Assembly (NCBI RefSeq): GCF_036321535.1
Contig: NC_087459.1
Span: 4,154,001 to 4,218,000, forward strand
Direction: 5' to 3'
Source: Camelus dromedarius
Lineage: Eukaryota
Length of the DNA stretch: 64,000 nucleotides
Shown here: positions 59,171-64,000 of the stretch, piece by piece
How the letters are laid out: each line of letters begins with the position of its first letter
Position numbering within the stretch: position 1 is the stretch's first letter
The notes under the pieces: model-generated
Databases searched by the model: none
What the model was told of the DNA's origin: nothing
What the model saw: only the letters and a program-made list of their open reading frames with translations
Program-made: the position numbers and the translations under genes

Positions 59171-59727
59171 TGTTTCAGAGAGAGACAACAAATGGGAAAT
59201 CTCAGAGAGGCGGGATGGCTCTCCCAAGGTTACACAGCTAACTGATGGGTTTGCTTAAGATTCTACAGAGTCTCTGACTCTAAGTCCATGGCTCTTTTCA
59301 TATGCCATCTTCCCAATGCTCTTTCCAGTGATCTCTAGCCCAGTCTTCACACTGCAGGATTATAGAATGCTATAACATTTATTTCATCTTCCATTATTAA
59401 AACTTCAGTAGTTGTCATTTTAGGTGGTGCAGCTGATAGAGCATATAACATTCCTTTAATGGTACAAGTTATGGAAAGTCATGAAGATGACTTCCCAAGA
59501 CCCTCAATGTTCCCTGTAGGAAATTCTGACAGCACAAAAATCCCCTTTTTCCATTCTCAGAAAGTTTAGTTTTATCCTTTCTTTCTGTCCCCTCCCATCT
59601 AACTCTTCTGGAAGATCTGACTACCTGTCTCTTCCAAGTATCTAATACAATAAACCTCCAGAGTGTTCCTGAGTTTGCTGGGAGAACAGTTGATGCAAAG
59701 GTCAATTTCCTACAGTACCTTAAATCA

Positions 59728-59945
59728 TTGGTTAACAAACTTTCTGTAAAGGGCCAGATATATAATATTTTCAGCTTTGTAGGTTATGTGGTCTCTGTCC
59801 TAGAGACTCAACTCTGCCACTGTAATGGGAGAGAAGCCATGGTCAATTTGCAAATGAATGGGGGTTTCTGTGTTCCAATAAAACTTTATTTATAAAACAG
59901 GTGGTGGGCTGGATTTGGCCCATGGACTAAGATTTGCTGATCTTT
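59728..59945. mobile_element. MER58A (hAT-Charlie MITE)
   Basis: caaactttctgtaaagggccagata...gtgttccaataaaactttatttataaaacaggtggtgggctggatttggcccatgg. Confidence 0.9.
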
Positions 59946-60229
59946 ACCCTAAATAATATAACAATTTCATGGAACAGGAGGGATGAGGAAACTGGACACT
60001 TTGGACTCTAAAACATGAGCTAATGATTTGATAAACCGTGATAAACCAGAACATTTTGAATTAGGAATTAGGAGACCAGCTTCCAGAGCCTGTCTGGTCA
60101 TTAATTTACTTGTCATCTTAAATAGGTCTTCAAACCTCTGGGTCCAGTGTTCTCCACTGGCAACTTGAGTGTAGGGTTAGCTGAATTCTGAAGTCCATCT
60201 CTGGCTACCTTATCCTTTAGCCCATTTCA

Positions 60230-60540
60230 AACTGCGGGCAGCGGACCTCAGAGAGGCACTGGCATTGCTGAAACATTTCCCGGAATTGATCCGCCACCAG
60301 GCATTGTGATTTCAAAGTCGGTTTAACTCCAGCAAAATATGCCATGTGGGTATCTGTATGCAGATGCTGCTGTGATTAGCAAAATGCAAACTCATTTAAA
60401 CATTTGCAGAATCATAGTAGCTTTCTGCGACAATGCATTTTCTCTATCAACAGACACTAAAAATGCAACTACTACTACATGATGGTCTGCTCAATTTTTA
60501 ATGTGCGAGAGGAGTTCTTATATGCAAAGTTGGGCTCTGC
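60230..60540. promoter_or_regulatory. Candidate enhancer with STAT GAS site and near-octamer cluster
   Basis: TTCCCGGAA (60277-60285); ATGCAGAT (60359), ATGCAAAC (60384), ATTTGCAG (60402), ATGCAAAG near 60522. Confidence 0.35.
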
Positions 60541-60544
60541 ATTT

Positions 60545-60790
60545 GAAGTCAGGCAAGCCTGTACTGGATATCCAACGCTGCCCAGCATGGGTTCTGTGAC
60601 CTGTGGGCAAAGTATCTACCCCTTTCAAATCTCCGTTTTTCATCAGTGAAATGGGAATAATGGTAAGTAGTTCCTAGTTTTATTTTTAGAATTAAATGAG
60701 AGAATATAGACAAGGCAATTAACATAGTGCCTGACATATAGGAAGCACATATTAATGTTGGTTATTATTTTTGAGATGATGATGATTAAT
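60545..60790 (+). mobile_element. MIR SINE, near full length
   Basis: tctgtgacctgtgggcaaagt...ccgtttttcatcagtgaaatgggaataatgg...gaattaaatgaga...catagtgcctgacatatagg. Confidence 0.85.
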
Positions 60791-61509
60791 ATTAACAGTT
60801 ATTACTATAGCAGCAGCAATAGGAGTATGCATGGTAATAAAACTGGCAGTATCAGGTGCTATTCGAGGTAATGAGAGTAGCAGTCTATCATAGGTGAATG
60901 TTCTGGACAATCTGTGACTTAATTGAGATGCCACCAATCTACTGTAGTTTTTCCTAAAGACCATCTTCTCTTAAACAGCCAAACTCAGACCCCTAGGGTC
61001 ATGAGATTTCTTTGAAAGCATTTACTCATCATTCTGAACCCTGTGATTTGGAAGAGGGCTGTCGAATACAATTCCACCTGGGCAGCACTGCTTTAATAGA
61101 AGAAAACCATAAGTGCAGTGAGTTTCAAGCAAAAACTGAATATATTACTTTAGAGTCCAACGTGAAGATCAGTGGGAGACCCCAAAGGCTGCCTGTTGAC
61201 TTGCTGAGCATACAAAGGAAATAAATCATGGATGATAGTGATAAATGAGCAACAGAGGGCATCCAGCCTGCCTCAGTGATCCAGGCAGTTGTGTGTGTGG
61301 GTGTTTAGGGCATGGGGAGTGGGTCAGAGCCGCTCACTTGAATAGTGGATTTGTCTTGGAAAATTTTCTCCATGACTTTTTTTTTCTTCATGAGTTTTTG
61401 TCTGTCAATCATGAAGGTCATGAGTTTTTGTTATATATTTTAAATAAATAAAATGCCTAATCAAATGAAAGTTGGAGTGGGCAAGTGCATTTACATATTA
61501 GAACTCCTG

Positions 61510-61700
61510 CGGTGCCTGGTATTTATTGTGTGTCTGTGTTTTGAGCACTTCATTTCACATAGCTTCATATAATCCTTGCAACAAGCCTTCGAGCTATATG
61601 CGTACACCACTATTCAGATGAGGACCTGATCAGGAGGCACTGAACCACAAAAGGTAACTGTCAAGAGTCCAGTTTGACTGACCTTAAAGCTCCCAATTTT
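61510..61700 (-). mobile_element. MIR SINE
   Basis: gagcacttcatttcacatagcttcatataatccttgcaacaagcc...ttcagatgaggacctg. Confidence 0.7.
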
Positions 61701-61749
61701 CCCAGCATCCTTGGGTTTCTTAACATTTGATTTGGTGATCATTTGTGCC

Positions 61750-61892
61750 AAATCCCCCAGATTTCTAGTAAAAAATGCAGATTATTGTACCTCACCTGAT
61801 ATTTACTGATTAAGAATCTCTACCAGGAATCTGCATTTTAGTAAACTCCCCCGGAGATTCTTGTTACACAAACGTTTGAGTGACTGCACTAC
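61750..61892. mobile_element. MER5A-like hAT MITE
   Basis: tagtaaaaaatgcagattatt...aggaatctgcattttagtaaactcccccggagattctt. Confidence 0.8.
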
Positions 61893-62687
61893 AGTTTCTT
61901 ATCTAAGATACTCTCACCTAGTATCCAACCCAGTGCTTAGGCATATGGGAACTGGCAGAGTTCCTCGGGTTTTCAGTTACTGTTAATCTTCCTTCAACTA
62001 AGGAAATGGAAAACAGGACAGTTTTTCTTTTTCTTTACCCTGGAGGATTATTAATCATATGTTATCAATGGCTTATTACGTAGGGTGGCCAAGAATATTC
62101 TAAATATTTATAGTACATGGTGCTATAGGATATCGCATAAAGTCATTGAAAATACTACAACTTGGAAGTAACTTCAAAATAGTAGAGTTCTTTAGGATTA
62201 TCATGAAGCAAAATTGCGAAATCAATTGGATATTAAATTTTAGAGTTTATAAAGCTAGGTGATTCATTTAAAATACTACACTTGTGATTCAAGTGAGCTG
62301 CCACTAGGAGTCAGGGATGTCCTCTTTATATATAATTGATGGTCAGATAAAGTTTTCCTTTGATAAATTAAACTGAGAAGCATAGATTGGAATAATAGCA
62401 TTGCAGACGGTTAGAGCTTGATGGGACCAAGGAATCAAATGAGAGTTGATGAAAATCTATGAACAACAAATGATTAGTCAGTAGGACACCATTTTATGGG
62501 TCTTAAATAAAACTCTTATCTCTATTTCCTAAGCAGACAAAAGACTGGGACCCCCCAGCTAAAAGTGGCTTCAAAATCTATTCAAGAATTCTCCTTTTAG
62601 TCCACCTCCATTTTCATTTTTCTCTCTCTGAGTCGTCTTATCTGTACGCTGTAGTTGAGTCTACTTTTTCTTCTTTCTCTTAGTATT

Positions 62688-63067
62688 TGTCATGGGCTGA
62701 ACTGTGTCTCCCCTGAATTCATATGTTGAAGTTCCGATCCCTAGTACCCTAGAATGTGAAGGTATTTGAAGACAGAGTCCTTATAGAAGTAGTTAAGTTA
62801 AAATGAGGTCATTAGGGTTGTTCTTAATCCAAGATGACTGGTACCCTTATGTAGAGAAAATTNNNNNNNNNNNNNNNNNNNNNNNNNNNNNNNNNNNNNN
62901 NNNNNNNNNNNNNNNNNNNNNNNNNNNNNNNNNNNNNNNNNNNNNNNNNNNNNNNNNNNNNNNNNNNNNNNNNNNNNNNNNNNNNNNNNNNNNNNNNNNN
63001 NNNNNNNNNNNNNNNNNNNNNNNNNNNNNNNNNNNNNNNTTCTTATGGCAGCTGGAGCTGACTAACA
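62688..63067 (+). mobile_element. MLT1B-type LTR (masked 62863-63039)
   Basis: tgtcatgggctgaactgtgtctcccctgaattcatatgttgaag...gttaagttaaaatgaggtcattaggg...cttatggcagctggagctgactaaca. Confidence 0.9.
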
Positions 63068-63079
63068 TAGTATTTCTCA

Positions 63080-63310
63080 GTACTGTCATTCTTTCTGGAT
63101 CTCTGTGACTCTTGGTATCTCTCTGTGTCTCTCTGGGCATCACTGTGTAATATTCTCTGACTCTGTATTTCTGTTTCTCTGTTTTTCTGGGTCTCTCTGT
63201 ATCTGTTTATCACATACTCTCTTTCTTTCTATTTCATACTCTCTCTCTAACACATACTACCCCCTTCCCTGCTCCTTGTCTCTCTATCTTCTCATTCTCT
63301 CTCTTCCTTG
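63080..63310 (+). repeat. Pyrimidine-rich low-complexity tract (degenerate TC/CTGT)
   Basis: About 230 bp dominated by tctc/ctgt/tttc. Confidence 0.7.
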
Positions 63311-63665
63311 GATAAAACATAACTCATGTGAAATATTTAGAACAGTGCTTATCATATAGAGATTACTCAAAAAAGCTGATTCTTCTCTCTTCTTTCTCTT
63401 TTTTTCTTTCTTTCTTCACTATTCCACTTCCATTTCTTTTCACTCAAACTGGACATAAAATAAAACTGGAATTTATTTTTCAGGATTTATTATCTTTACT
63501 GAGTAAAGTTTTATGGCCCCCAAATCTAATTTTAAAGCAACTCACCTGACTGTTTTACATTTCCCAAAGCAGGAGAGGAAGGGACTAAACTGAATTGCCT
63601 TTTGTTAAGTGATCTCAGTTTGATTTTTGCTGTTTGTTTGTTCCTTTTGAGTAAAAATGTTTAGA

Positions 63666-63853
63666 TCAGTTGATCTCACATTTTGCTAGGCATAGATTTA
63701 CACAGGGGGCTGGTTAACTATGTACATTTTTGCTCTCCCACTCCAAGTTTTTGAAACAGTGCATTTGTGTTGGGGCCTGGAATTACATAACTTAAAAGAT
63801 ATCTGAGTAGTTCTGATGCAGGGGATTCTTTCAGCATGAGCTGAGAATCACTG
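63666..63853. mobile_element. MER5A-like hAT MITE, near full length
   Basis: cagttgatctcacatttt...ggggcctggaatt...gttctgatgcagggg...tgagaatcactg. Confidence 0.7.
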
Positions 63854-64000
63854 TCCTAGAAAATAAAAAGGGACACTCCCCCACCCTCAGCCCTGCCTAA
63901 TCTTCGTTCATTCTAAACAAAGAATAAAATAAAGCTAAGCTTTTCATTTGAAGAAGAGGTTTTAAAATATTCTTCCTGACCATCAAGTTGTGGATTTTTT

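Noticed and set aside
1783-63067. LTR strand bias (12 plus versus 6 minus) as evidence for a minus-strand host gene
   Set aside because: Two-sided binomial p is about 0.24, and old L1 fragments occur in both orientations.
4943-63143. All ORFs containing X runs, including the 157-aa calls at 27355..27828 and 53278..53751
   Set aside because: Their length is inflated because N codons cannot be read as stops. The unmasked parts show no protein-family resemblance except L1 ORF2 remnants.
1-64000. tRNA, rRNA, snRNA/7SK/Y-RNA copies, processed pseudogenes, CRISPR arrays and prokaryotic systems
   Set aside because: No matching sequence or repeat-spacer structure was seen, and the window is clearly mammalian non-coding DNA. 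The masked segments could not be inspected.

Overview
64 kb of eutherian mammal non-coding DNA, either intergenic or deep intronic. I found no credible protein-coding exon, RNA gene or full-length transposon. The window is a dense fossil bed of ancient repeats: roughly 40-45 MIR fragments by eye, many L2 fragments, about 18 MaLR/ERV LTR pieces, and hAT/Tigger MITEs. It also holds three 5'-truncated younger L1 3' ends with target-site duplications. Their 3'UTR is of cetartiodactyl type and most resembles camelid L1 as I recall it. No Alu, Bov-A/Bov-tA, PRE1, CHR-2 or Vic-1 SINE was seen. Fifteen N-runs of 129-221 nt appear to overwrite real sequence rather than mark arbitrary gaps: ten lie inside ancient repeats and five in unique DNA with regulatory-looking flanks. 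The best leads are candidate developmental enhancers (PHOX2-type P3, PAX3/7-type P2, PBX-HOX plus T-box, HOX/CDX, and STAT plus POU motif clusters) and one textbook splice acceptor that may mark a lncRNA exon. I see no evidence of a new multi-gene system. Repeat family names come from recalled consensus similarity, not a database search; subfamily letters and the boundaries of old repeats are approximate.
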